This document shows, piece after piece, positions 34,101-45,292 of a stretch of DNA of 45,526 nt. The translations under genes and the position numbers were made by a program. Every line of letters begins with the position of its first letter. Position 1 is the first letter of the stretch. The stretch is from Octopus sinensis (taxonomy: Eukaryota): contig NW_021834799.1 in the NCBI RefSeq assembly GCF_006345805.1, positions 1 through 45,526 on the forward strand, read 5' to 3'. A model generated the notes under the pieces. It did not search any database. It saw only the letters and a list, made by a program, of their open reading frames with translations, and was not told the origin of the DNA.

Positions 34101-34563
34101 CGAATGATCTCTCTTCTCAATATAAAAATCTTCGCCTACATAAGGCTTCCAAAGCATTATGTCCGCAATGATTAGCTTCATGAATCTCACGTGCAATTAA
34201 TTCATCTCTTCTAAGCTCGTGGAAGCAATTACGAGCTTGTGTAGGCCGTTTACATCTTTAAGATATAGTTTCCCCTCTTTAATTAGGAAATTTTCTGCTT
34301 TCTTTTTGAGTCGATACTTCTTATGTTTGGAAAGATCGACCTCCTCATTATTGAGTATAGATCTTAGGAAATTATATTCATCTTGATCTTTTACAAACAA
34401 ACGCTGGCCCGACATAACAAAGTGTAGACAAAATTATGCTAGCGTGGATAATATTTTATCTGGGTGAGTATGGTACGCCGGCAATTAGACTGACAGGTGG
34501 ATGACAGGTATGACAGGTGTCAAAGTCGCGTCTAGCGCTCGGTCGCGCGCTCGGCTCGCGACA
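31156..34563 (-). mobile_element. Ginger2/TDD-like DNA transposon (integrase-type DD35E) carrying a nested hAT
   Basis: 39-bp TIRs TGTCGCGAGCCGAGCGCGCGACCGAGC(A/G)CTAGACGCGAC at 31156-31194 and 34525-34563 (1 mismatch). 5-bp TSD CAATA. Frameshifted ORF 34415-33539 with HHCC, FQVDLID, QSDNGTEF and GIVERFN. 24-nt intron at 33951-33974. Confidence 0.92.
31252..33495 (-). mobile_element. Buster/SPIN-type hAT, full length (2244 bp), frameshifted GTF2IRD2-like transposase with 3 introns
   Basis: TIRs CAGGGTTTCTCAA / TTGAGAACCCCTG with TSD GATTAGAT (31244-31251, 33496-33503). ATG at 33316, BED finger, TDGGANMIG, HCIIHQE, TVRWLSR and FGSTYLCES. Introns 32790-32819, 32220-32244, 31851-31877. Confidence 0.94.
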
Positions 34564-34586
34564 CAATAAATCAGGTTTGTTATAAC

Positions 34587-36140
34587 TAGGGCAACCGTAA
34601 ATATGACCTAAAAAATTTCAAATATGACCGATAAAATATGACTTATATGACCTTAAACGAAAAAATATATGCCCTTAATATGACCTAATAAATTTTTATT
34701 TTTATGTATTAATAAAGTTTTAATAAGGCTTATATTTAGAACTAATCACTCAAATTTATTGTAATATAACGAAAAGTAATATTTAATGTTATCATTTTTA
34801 AAGTTTCTATCCTTCTCCAACATCTTTTGAAGCATAGAAAAACTTCTTTCAATGGAAATAGTTGTTGCTTGACATTTCCATAATATCGAACAAATTTTTG
34901 GTGAACAATTATCAATCTTAGCAGTATAAATTTCTTTTAATCGATTTTTATCTATTCTTTTACGGAAATATTTAGATATTCCACATGGATCATCCCCAAA
35001 ATTTATCACATTAATAAATTTAACGGCATCCTCAATGGTAAAAAAAGTTTCTTGGCATTGATGTAATCCATCTAATATGTCACTATAACATGATTTTATC
35101 GATGCAAGGTTTCTTTCCAAATTAAGTGAATCTAAAACAGTTTTTACTTTATCTAAGATTTTCCCTTTTTTGTTAAATTCAGGACCAGAAACTATAGTGC
35201 GAACTGTATGCATGTTTTTCGAGTAGTAAAAGGCTGCACTAAGCCAGGTTCTCCATCTTGTAATTATTACTTCAGGTGGTAATTCTATATTGTCAAAAAG
35301 ATCTCTTCGAGATTTTTTTTGAGCAATGCAGTTTTCATCGTGGCAATCAGATTATTAATATCCCCATAGTGTGTACTAATTTTTAAGGCACAATTATGTA
35401 AAAGATGAGCAAAACAAGTGATGTGTATAACATTGTTATACATAATTGACAATGTTTCTGCAGCAGATATCATGTATAATGCAGCGTCGGTAACCAATAA
35501 AACAAAATTGAGTTAAAATCCTTTAAAGTTTCATCGATTATCTGGCAAATAACTGAAGCATTACATATTTCAACAGAAATGCAATTTAATAGATAAATTT
35601 TCGATGGATTACAAATAGTCCCCCCCAAAACATTCACAAATTTATTATTTGAAATTTGGGTTTCATCAACAATCAAAAATATTTTCAAATTTAAAATAAG
35701 ATTTTTTATTCGTTCAAAATTTAGAAGATATTTATCATATACCAATTTGCGACAATGGGTTTCTGATGGAACAGAAAATCCCAAATCGTCGAAAAACTTA
35801 GAAAAAAGATTGTGACGAATCTTATAAAGAGGGATATTCACACCCGTCATCATCGAAACCAATTTAAAACAAAAATCATTTGGAATTGCAATCAATTTCG
35901 ATTGACGCGAGTCGTATGTTTTACTTCTTTTTTTATGCATTTCCGTCTGTCTGTGTTGTTCCACGTTAAAACTTTTTGAAAAGTTTACCGGAACACAACA
36001 GAACTTGCAATTAAGTCCCCCATTAGTACTTCTCGTAAATTCGTGCGGATATTTATTTAATATTTTAAAGAGTTTGAATTCATTAGATTTTTTTGATTTA
36101 GGCATCTATTAATATACCTTTTTTTATATAAAAACCTTTA
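34587..36140 (-). mobile_element. CGGBP1-like / DUF659 hAT-related transposon, frameshifted, one end found
   Basis: Zn finger CKFC...QHRQTEMH, FLIVDET, VTDAALYM, TCFAHLLH, RWRTWL and IERSFS. Terminus TAGGGCAACCG at 34587 with clustered ATATGAC repeats at 34601-34685. No convincing second TIR or TSD. Confidence 0.75.
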
Positions 36141-36521
36141 TCTCACTCGACAAAAAACCGATTATATCTCACGTTATAAAAAATAATTCAAATATTATTA
36201 TTCAAATATTTATATTAAAAAAAATAAATATTAATCTAATTCATTAAAATATACAAAAAATTGATTAGGGTTAGGGTTATTGAACCAAATAGGTTACCCC
36301 AGTATAGAACCACTCTCCAGGGTAGTAATTATTTCCAACAATCCTCATTATTTCTGCATAAATAAATTTGTGAAGACAATGACCATGAGATAAAAATTAA
36401 ATGCATAGAGGTTTATCGAAAAGTATTGTTTCTCAGTAGATGCACTTTTTGTTAAGTGCGTTTCTTTATTTAAAATTAGCTAAAACGATTAATTACACCA
36501 AACCAGAGATCACACCCATCA

Positions 36522-36800
36522 TTGCGAGCAGACTACGTGACCGATATATTCCAGACTCGTCGATTCACAATATTATTCATCGTTGAACGACTCATAATAT
36601 TAATAAGCAGCTACGTATTACATGTGATAGACTCCTTTTCAAAATATGCCATGGTTGAGGTTATTAAAACGAAATCTGCCGATGAGGTTGCTTCTAATTT
36701 ACAATGGATTATTAATCTTGTCGGACTACCTATCATCCTGCATACTGATAGCAGAAAAGAATTCCAAGATGGAAGAACTATGCGAAAAGTATATTTCCTG
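36522..36800 (+). mobile_element. Ginger2-like integrase core remnant
   Basis: LHVIDSFSKYAMVEVIKTKSADEVA...LPIILHTDSRKEF parallels the integrase at 33539-34120. Confidence 0.7.
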
Positions 36801-37239
36801 GATATTCAGTTGTTCGTCGGACAGACATGGGAAAGTTGGTAAAGGCATCCTGACTATCATTCGGGTGTTACTGACAATGTATACACTTTTCTCCTTACAA
36901 ATTTATCGATGTACGTATCACAGCTAGTTCAAACGGCGGCTAACAGTTACACCTGTTCGAATATGTATCCATGCACACAAAATAAAGAGACTAGAACCTG
37001 TCTTAGTGTAAGAATATCGCTGGTAACAAAACCAGACACGAGGCAGTTAATTGAAGATAATCAAATAACCAGTTAACCTACTACAATGTCTCAATAGTGA
37101 TCCTTCCGCATGATCACCTACAGAAAAATTGTTACGAATTTTATTTATTTAAATGAGGGGCGGTGTTTACAAAACACAGGGACGGAATACTTGTAAATTA
37201 CTCATCGTGTTTTTCTCCTATAATTAATATCCAACTTAT

Positions 37240-37460
37240 AGAGGACGTTCAAGAGGATGTCTTCCCAAGAAACTTGCGGAAGATTATGCTGTCATCGGAG
37301 GTCGATTGAAGGACGTTGACGATCTGGATAAAATCAGAAGACGAGCAAGGCAACAAAACGGATGGAAAAGACTAACGACGAAAATAGTTAAGAACATGGC
37401 ACAAGCGAAACCATAAACAGTGTTTACTGGTAACGCGAACGTGCATTAACTAACTAAGTA
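37240..37460 (+). mobile_element. RTE-like LINE 3'-terminal fragment
   Basis: RGRSRGCLPKKLAEDY...LKDVDDLDKIRRRA...W fits the RTE C-terminal GRP..TLP..L..D...L...DL...A...W pattern. Ends in TAAC repeats. Confidence 0.5.
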
Positions 37461-37602
37461 ATTTCTTTCAATCGATAATATATGATTAACAAACAAAATT
37501 AAATTTACACCGCAGACTATACAGAAACGTGCTTAAATAAAATTGCAATATAAATAACGGATTCTGCGCTAATAACAAACATTTTCCTCAAAGACGAAAT
37601 AG

Positions 37603-37890
37603 ATGCAGCGTGGTGAGGACCAGAAAGAAATTCCCAAGAACCCTGTCAAGAAAGTAAAACGGAACTACAAGACAGAAATGTGCAAAGTTTTTCAAATTCA
37701 TAATTCTTGCCGCTTTGGGGATAAATGCAATTTTGCACATACGGTAGAGGAACTAAGGAGTCTTGAATCAATCGAAAATAAAGAGCAAGCCACATGTAAG
37801 TATTTTGCTCTTTTGGGTCATTGTTCCAAATCAGATTGTAAAGATATCCACGTTAAAAAGACGGAATCTCAGCTGAATCATGAAATTTGA
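37603..37890 (+). CDS. Small tandem CCCH zinc-finger protein (TIS11/ZFP36-like), 95 aa, intronless
   Basis: YKTEMC-x8-C-x5-C-x3-H followed by EELR, then a second C-x8-C-x4-C-x3-H finger. ATG preceded by an in-frame stop, ends TGA. Confidence 0.8.
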   Translation: MQRGEDQKEIPKNPVKKVKRNYKTEMCKVFQIHNSCRFGDKCNFAHTVEELRSLESIENKEQATCKYFALLGHCSKSDCKDIHVKKTESQLNHEI

Positions 37891-38399
37891 TTTTAAATAT
37901 TTTATCAATTTCCTTTGTTCTTATGTCTGTCCAAATATTTGTAGTATTTGGTTGTTAATTAATTAACAACATTCATCCTTAGTAGGTTCAGAAATACAAC
38001 AAAAATAAAATACCATTTAATTTGCTTACTTATAACAGTTAATTGAGACAACTAGTTTTTTACACACCTAAGACTACATATTGCTAATCCGTCTCCTTAG
38101 ACAAATTGGCTCTTAAAGCTCCTAAATCTGAAGTTTATATCTGTCCTAACTCATACTTGTAAACATTCAAAATGCGCGAACGAGTGTTCAAATTAACAAA
38201 AATTGATTTTTGGGGTAATTAATAATAGTAACGTAATACAAGAATAACAAACTGATTATGCAATATCTTAATAGATGCCATTAAATTGTTGTCATTTAAA
38301 AAAACGTTAATAAGAATCAAACATATATGCCTCAATGATAAATCAATCATTTCTTTCTTAATCATTCAAACCTCGGAAAGCATAAGGTTTCCCCACTGT

Positions 38400-39850
38400 A
38401 CAATAACGTTGATTTCACAGCCAAATTTTTATTTATATTAAATTGCATTTCAACCTGTTCTTTATTTGTTACAAGCTGTAAAACTGAGTCACGGTGACTA
38501 CATATTGCCTCAGCATTGTCGAAAAATAGATTAAAGTATCAAGCACAGCAGTATCAAGCACAGCAGTCCTTACCACAAACTGGATATATATTAATTGTGA
38601 CTTTTTTAGTATTTTGCGACAATTTCTTTCCATGTAAGCACAACAGGCACTATTCTCAATTTTTCAAAATTAATAATCTCTAATTCTCACAGGTCATATT
38701 TATACATTTTAGCCACTTTGATCTGTTTCAAGCAACCTTGCAAGATTATCCCAGTTTCGATGAGGATTCAAACATTAAACAACCTGATTGTGTTTTCCGA
38801 GATAATAACTATGAGGATTCTCTCACATCTTGTATCAAGGTGGTCAACTGTCTTCTTTGCAGAATTACAATGATTAAATTTGTTTTCTCCATATTCAAAT
38901 AACAGATTGCGATTTTGCAGTAAACACAACATTCATCCGGTTGAAGGAGAGTTATTTTCATTTATTAGTCACTAACAAAATAAGATTAATTCAAAATCTG
39001 AATGTGTTTTATATGGTTTTCCAAGCTTTAATTTTATATTTCCTGCATAAATGCAGATATACACATTTTAATACTTTGTTCTGTTTCGTAAGTAGTTACT
39101 ATTTATTGCTTGGCCGAAATGTGATCAAAAGTCTTCTTGACTGAGTTAAGTGACTGAATATTGCCTTAGCGTTGTCGAAAATAGATTACAGTCCTTTATG
39201 AAGCACAGAAACCTCGCAGTTCTCGATGAGTTATTTTCTTATAATAACCAATGACAGGATTCGGAAACATCGAACAGTTCTTCTGCAATTCTCTCAGTAT
39301 GTTCAAGTAAAGGTTCCCAGTTTCTTGGATGCTGTAATTGCGCTTGAGGTATTCTGCGATTGTGACCAAATGTTTTGCTTTGGAATTAATGACTATGAGA
39401 ACCCCCTTTCCATATTTTAGTCAGTAAAATGATTTTTCTCAATTTGAAAAATATTCGTTCAGTATTATAAGCAGTAGATAAAAGCCTTTTTCAAATTGAT
39501 CTTTATGAAAGTAAAACCTTTTTTGTTTGTAGGTTTCAAATGAATTCGATGATGCGTATATTTTTGTCAATTTGTTCATATTCAGGTGGCTGAATATTGA
39601 CGAGCCTGTGTAATAATTATGAAGGGATAAAAAGAATGCCTTGAATACTCCGGTTTTCAATACATTGCTTCTTTTATGTTCTAGCTCTCCAAGATAGCTG
39701 TAACCTTCAATCCCATCAGGCGATTTAGCTTCCGACGATTCGTTGCAGATTTTTCAACATATTTTTCTGGTCGTAGTCACACTCAAGAGCAGGCTCACAA
39801 AACTTCAAGTGCATTGCAGGTGCTATGAACCTCATTTGAGTGGAAATTCT
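38400..39850 (-). mobile_element. Degenerate R4/Dong-like REL LINE, same family type as 30575-34586
   Basis: Broken frames give EKSATN, EGYSYLG, KKTVDHLDTRC, ILIETGI...KYDL and IVPVVLTW. Boundaries approximate. Confidence 0.62.
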
Positions 39851-40029
39851 AAAATTATAGATAAAAATGTCTAGTTTAATCGCAAAGATTGTTTTAAATC
39901 AATTTATTTTACCGAGTTGCAATCTATCAATAGGACCTTTCATCAAATATGCATATTCTACTCTTATAGTGTGACTTTAATTAATATTATTTTAACACAT
40001 TCCATAGGGACATAAACAGAAAAGGGTTA

Positions 40030-40175
40030 TATTCCTGCACGTGCCACACACGACACGACCTTCTGTACCAACGTTTTGGGCCAGTAACCGAAGTTCGCCG
40101 AGATCATCACAAGTCTATAGGGTTTTAGTTAAAAGCCTCAAGTCGTCTTGCAGAACAACCGGTAAGGTGACTTCA
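40030..40175 (-). mobile_element. RTE-like LINE 3' fragment
   Basis: TLPVVLQDDLRLL...L*TCDDLGELRLLAQ has the same pattern as 37240-37460. Confidence 0.5.
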
Positions 40176-40373
40176 ATATGTAAATAAAAATCCCAACACG
40201 TTACTAAAATCAATTGAAGATGTGAGTACGTAAAATAAAAATCGATAGAGCAAATAGAAAAATTGATAAGACAACAAAAAAACAAAACAGATTTTGATTC
40301 AATAAAGAAGTGCTTTAAAAATAAATCCTTTTAAGTTAGTTATATATCGTATGAATGCCAAATAAAAATAAAT

Positions 40374-40446
40374 GGCCCTGTGGCCTAGTGGATAAGGCGA
40401 CTGGCTTCTATCCAGTCGATCGTCGGTTCGAATCCGACCAGGGTCG
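40374..40446 (+). tRNA. tRNA-Arg, anticodon TCT, 73 nt, no intron
   Basis: Acceptor stem GGCCCTG/CAGGGTC, D arm GCC-TAGTGGATAA-GGC, anticodon arm ACTGG-CTTCTAT-CCAGT, T arm GTCGG-TTCGAAT-CCGAC, discriminator G, downstream T run. Confidence 0.96.
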
Positions 40447-40769
40447 TATTTTTTTAATTTTATAATTAGGAATCAAACTGTTTTCTTTTTTGTATTGAAA
40501 AATTAGGAATATGAAATTCAATTTTGATCAAATTTAATCATAATTAGTTGTCATTTTATTAGCTTGACTTTGACGTCCTAACAGTTCTTTGTTATTCATC
40601 AACATATTATAGACGGCTCATTTTGTGAATGCTTTTCGTTCCTCTAATTATTTAAATTTCTTGAAATCACTAAGAAATGCAGTATTTAAAAACGTTTTTT
40701 GAAAATTTTTATGTCAATTTAAAGTGATGCGTGGCTTAATGACATCCCTTGCTTTCTTTCTAAATTTTT

Positions 40770-41000
40770 TTTTGATAGACTGTGTAAGGATTGGCGTAGC
40801 AATGCGTTTGAGAGTCTGTTTATTCGGGCGTTCAATATCGATGTTGTAGTCAAGTTGAGACCAAAGAATTGCACCTTCTTTCATGCAAAGTCTCGCTATC
40901 AACAAAACTATTTCGGCTGCGTTACATGGTGGTGGATTCCCCACAGTACTGGAACCTGTTGGGCTTGATTGTAAAGACGGTAAACGATTAGATGTTATCA
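40770..41000 (+). mobile_element. Degenerate CRE-like fragment
   Basis: GACTGTGTAAGGATTGGCGTAGCAATGCG is nearly identical to 12292-12320. GFPTVLEPVGLDCKDGKRLD corresponds to GFPTELEPVGLDRGDSKRPD. Confidence 0.75.
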
Positions 41001-41079
41001 ATCTTTGAAAATATTGTCGCAAAAAACGAAGCTTCACAAATGACATTCTAAACAAGGGACTTGATTTCTTTAAAAAGAA

Positions 41080-41160
41080 AAGTAGTTATCCCATCGGGAC
41101 GCTTTCCGTCACTCAGACAAAGACCGACTGGCTCTATGGTGGAAAGAAAAGAGCAAGGTG
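41080..41160 (-). mobile_element. Second CRE-like endonuclease fragment, opposite orientation
   Basis: Minus strand reads TIEPVGLCLSDGKRPDGITTF. Confidence 0.65.
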
Positions 41161-41829
41161 GTAAACCTCGTAGATTCTTTAACTGTACTCGGCAAAGATC
41201 CTGGCAGTTGAGAGTTGAATCCAAAGTTCGGAAAAACCAACAAATGATCTGATTTAGTCTGGTATGTATAATGAGCTTTTTCTTTCAATATAAATATTGT
41301 CTATACCCTGTGAAACATATTTAAGCAATCACAGTCCGCTTTATTTATAATTACTATAATATCTTTGATTTTACCGCGAAATGTTATTTTTATTAGATAG
41401 CAAATTTGCTGAGCGTTTCCTGAGGCCAGAAACTAATTTATAACTCTTTCGATTTACTTTAGTGTTCTATTTTATTAAAAAATATTTTAATTTCCTAGTA
41501 TTACAAATCATTTGTTAAAAAAAATTTAAGGTATTTTACCTTAAGAACTTACAAATTTTGTTAATAATGGCACTTAAAGTTAGCAAAAAAGAACAAAAAA
41601 GAGCTCCATTTAAACCAAAAATGTTTCTGTTGCTACAAAGAAAAAAAACTTTTTTGATATATCTTATGAAAATTTTAAAGACACTACATAATCAACTTGG
41701 GAAGTCAATGAAGGCTATGATGACTATGTAAAGTTTCACATTTGATATTTATGACAAAATAAAAACCGAATCTAGTGCTCATTAATTACAGCCTTATCCA
41801 GCCTCATTAATTACACCTAAAACGAGGAA

Positions 41830-42120
41830 GTGTGTTGTGGAGAGTGTGCGTAGTAGGGCAGTAATGCAAAACTCGTTTTAATGCACGCAACCTATTCCAT
41901 ATCTTGAACCAGTACGCGATCTCATCGATAAACTACCACTAAAGTTGATCGAATTTGAGCCAAGTTAGTACGATGAAATGTACCTTATTGTCCGACGAAT
42001 ACTTTGAAAGAATCACATCCACGTGTTGGCATGCAATAAGGAGAGATTATACTTGTCTCGTGGGCAGCTAGAACGTGGACTGAGTACACTTAAGTGAGCG
42101 AATTCTTACTAAAATGCATG
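41830..42120 (+). mobile_element. R4/Dong-like REL LINE thumb-domain remnant
   Basis: EFEPS...IVRRIL*KNHIHVLACNKERLYLSRGQLERGL matches the ERLYLPR..GRGL signature. Confidence 0.68.
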
Positions 42121-42149
42121 ACATTTTGTCGAGTGCGTCAAGTGTATCC

Positions 42150-42600
42150 AAAAGGAACTCAATTGCTTTCTATGGAAAACGTCTAGTCTGTCAAGGTTCG
42201 TTTTTGATGTTCCCATGTTCCCGAGTTGTATAATAAGATTCGTTGTACAAACGCATTATACAGCCATGTCCGAAGATTTAAAGAAATAGGTACAGATACT
42301 CCAAATCTTTTTTAATGCACATGACGCCAACATTTTTTTGCGGACAATGTCCTCAGCATGTTTTCCTGTACTTCTGGCATATGGCTTTAAGCTACCGATG
42401 ATTCCATACTATATCAGCGTTTGATCTTCCCGGTCTGAATCCGCTTTGACTTGACGACAAGAGAATGCGAGCAACATCTGGGATGATTTTACAGACGGAA
42501 TCGGAAGATGACAGGAGACAAACAGCCGCGCTGACATCGTGCGACATTAAACATGAATTAATCCGAGACCGTAAACTTTTAGAAGCGTCCTTTGCAATAT
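42150..42600 (-). mobile_element. Mosaic of RTE-like and CRE-like remnants
   Basis: DVSAAVCLLSSSD (CRE pre-RT) is joined to QSGFRPGRSNADIVW, then DIVRKKMLASCALKKIW and LYNAFVQRILLYNSGTW (RTE). Confidence 0.55.
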
Positions 42601-43537
42601 ATTTTATTAACAAAACAATAAATATGTAATCATGAATTTTTCCTTTCTTTTTGAATAAATCAAATCCCGAAATATATAGCATTTTTCGACCAATTGGGTC
42701 AATTCTAAAAGTAACCTTCTATTAGATAAATAAATATTCTTAAAAACTTGCATCCTAATTTATTGCATTAAAGTGATAATATTTTTATTGTTGTCCCAAA
42801 AGTTTGGTCGATTATATTTTAAGTTAACATCAACTAAACAAAATTAATAGTCTAAATAATTTAATCACTTTTTTAATCAGCAGAAAGTAATCACAAAATA
42901 TAAAAATGATACAAAACACTTAAAATAAATCAAACTTGAATCAAATTTTTTTAAGTAAGATTGTTCATTGAAACATTCTATCAATTTTATAAAAAACAAA
43001 ACAGAAATTTAAAATTTATATAAAATCAAGACGATTCTGATTTGATATGGTAATAATAAATCGCAGTTTGTGCCGCTTTGGTGTAGGCCAATTCATTTGT
43101 CTCCCCAATTCCGAAAAAGCTAAAAAGTTCCTCGCTGTCGCTAATTGTTATTTCGCATTGAACTCCTTCTACAAGTCACATCACAATATTTATAAGCATA
43201 CTTGAGCAAATGCGACTGTAGCGCACAACGGAGTTATTTTCTAGACCAAGGCATTTTAATATTTCTTGTAAAATTGTCCCATAAGGAAGTTCGTCCTTAT
43301 TATTCTCAGGCATAGAATTATCTACGTGCAGCGAGTCAAATATAAAATTAATAAAACAAACCTGACATCCACAAGAATAAATAATTCGAATTTAAATAAA
43401 AAATTTATAAGATCTAATTCGAAAAAAATATTTATTACTTTGCAAAAATTTATTTGTAATTAAATTTTATAATCCTCTATTAATTTATAAAATTAAATAG
43501 CTAAAATCAAAGGAAAAAATTGATTTTAATATTAAAT

Positions 43538-43999
43538 TTATTTAGATATTTTATTATTAGGAATCCATGCTTTTATCTTGGGAGGTGTAGTGGAGTATGG
43601 GACGTAGCACTGGTCTGTTCCGGTCTTGTTATAGACATATGGGCTAATCCATTTATAATCTAATGAGTTGGTCTCCAAGGAATGAATCAGTCGTATGACG
43701 TAACCAACCATGCCTAAAAAATACATAAATTCTCAACCATCTGCTGGAAACGTGAGTTGCATCATAACTGAGATTATATTGAGGTGAATATTCACCCATC
43801 GATCTCGAGGATAGAATAAAATTTATTCTCAAAGTATTTGTTACCAAAAGAATCCTCTCCAACCAGGGTTCCCATTTTTAAAGTGTCGGTTCTGGATTTC
43901 TATATTTATTTACCTGTAAAGCTTTTTTATACTGCCGATAATTCCATCGTTATGTTTTATTATTTTTATGAGGTTTGAAACTTTTGACCAAAGTGACAT
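43538..43999 (-). pseudogene. NDUFA12: NADH:ubiquinone oxidoreductase subunit A12, frameshifted as assembled
   Basis: MSLWSKV...GIIGSIKKLYR|TDTLKMGTLVGEDSFGNKYFEN, PRDRWV, EYSPQ..SYDATHVSSRW|HGWL..TD, YKW and NKTGT..CYVPYSTTPPKIKAWIP. Introns 43892-43913 (22 nt) and 43714-43737 (24 nt). Three frameshifts, near 43812, 43795 and 43675. Confidence 0.85.
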
Positions 44000-45089
44000 C
44001 ACAGCAAGAAAAGCTGGTATTATAATTTAAAATATTTTTACTGTTTTTTATTTCAAAATATAATAATTACAAAATTAACATTTATTGAATAATTTCAGAT
44101 ATCACATAGTCAATCTTAAAGTCAATCTTTTTCTAGTTCTAACAAAAAAATAAATCAAGTATTATTTTCCATTTGTTGTTAATTGTCATACGCGTCCTCC
44201 ATTAAATAAAATAGTTTACTTTGATTTAAAAAAGAATAGAACAACAAACCGATGTTTTCATAAAAAAAATCCGATAGTTGGCCAATTAAAATGAAAGCTT
44301 GCATTTTTTAGTTATTACAATTGAGGCTTTTAAAGTTGTTGCAATTGACGCACTTACAGCACATGTTTTTTGCGCAATCGCGTGGATCTTTGTGCGTCTT
44401 ATTTTAAATGAAAAATTGATAATTTTGACGTATAAAGACCAAAATACTGGCATTTTCATGACAATATCTGACACATATATTTTCATCGATGTTTCTGCGC
44501 AAAAATAACCACTAAAAACGATTAATAAATCGTTCAGGAATACCTTTTTTTAAACAAAACTCTCAAATTCTTTTTTATTATTTATAGGGTTTTCCACACT
44601 TTACATTGTTAACTTAATTACATTGTTAACTTAAAATCTGCGTGTATTGACAATGGAATTGTATCTCCAGTTTTTATTATGGACTAAAATTAAAAATGAG
44701 TGAATTAAATTTGGAAATTTTATATCTACCACCATATTCACCATTTTTAAATCCAATTGAAAATGTTTTTCAAAATGGAAGAATCATGTAATCAGAGGAA
44801 ATCCAAAAAAGAACATGAATTGTTTATTTTAATTAATGAAGACTTTGAATCAATTACAGAAAATGATTGTAATAAATTCTTTTGAAATATGTTACATTAT
44901 GTAGCAAAATCATTGCAAAAAGAACTGATCCATTAGAAATTGATTAAACTTAATGATTCTCTTGTCTTATTAATTTTGCTCTCTTTTTCGGCTTTCCTTT
45001 TTGAATAAATAATAATTCATTCATAGAGCTATAAACAAAAATCTATATTAGTAAGAGAGTATCTAAAAAATAAATTTTTTAAGAATTTG

Positions 45090-45292
45090 GCGAAATTGCT
45101 TGAAAAGTTACGGAATTGCATGGAAAAGTAGCGAATTTGCTTGAAACAATAAACCGATAATCTTCTTATGCACGAAATTGCTTGAAAAAGTGGCAAATTG
45201 TTTGAAACGAAAAGCCGATAATCTACTTTACACGAAATTGTGTGAAAAAGTGGCGAAATTGCTTGCAAAAGTGGCGAAAAGTGTGGAAAACC
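45090..45292. repeat. Degenerate tandem motif GAAATTGCTTGAAAA(AG)TGGC, about 7-8 copies, with a ~60-bp nested duplication
   Basis: Read directly. AAACCGATAATCT / AAGCCGATAATCT recurs about 60 bp apart. Confidence 0.7.

Larger units (their letters stand above)
30575..34586 (-). mobile_element. 3' fragment of an R4/Dong-like REL non-LTR retrotransposon; own sequence is 34586-34564 plus 31155-30575, interrupted by Ginger2
   Basis: Removing the Ginger2 insert and one CAATA restores YNKPDLLVYDKKENVI*IVKVGVTSQNNLQRVELEKLRKYDL...IIPVVLTWDG...LKRTME, a PD-(D/E)xK endonuclease. The ORF stop is at 30623. Confidence 0.85.

Noticed and set aside
13783-37890. Alternative genetic code (TAA/TAG = Gln), since INO80, MRPL40, the TBC gene and the CCCH gene all end in TGA and introns are Paramecium-sized
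   Set aside because: No TAA or TAG occurs within the 965 reconstructed INO80 codons, where Gln uses CAA/CAG. The transposases end in TAA. Four TGA stops is a small sample.
43050-43345. Minus-strand coding-like stretch (ELPYGTILQEILKCLGL...), plus a Cys-rich stretch at 44286-44500
   Set aside because: There is an internal stop, no consistent splice model and no recognisable family. A homology search or RNA-seq is needed.
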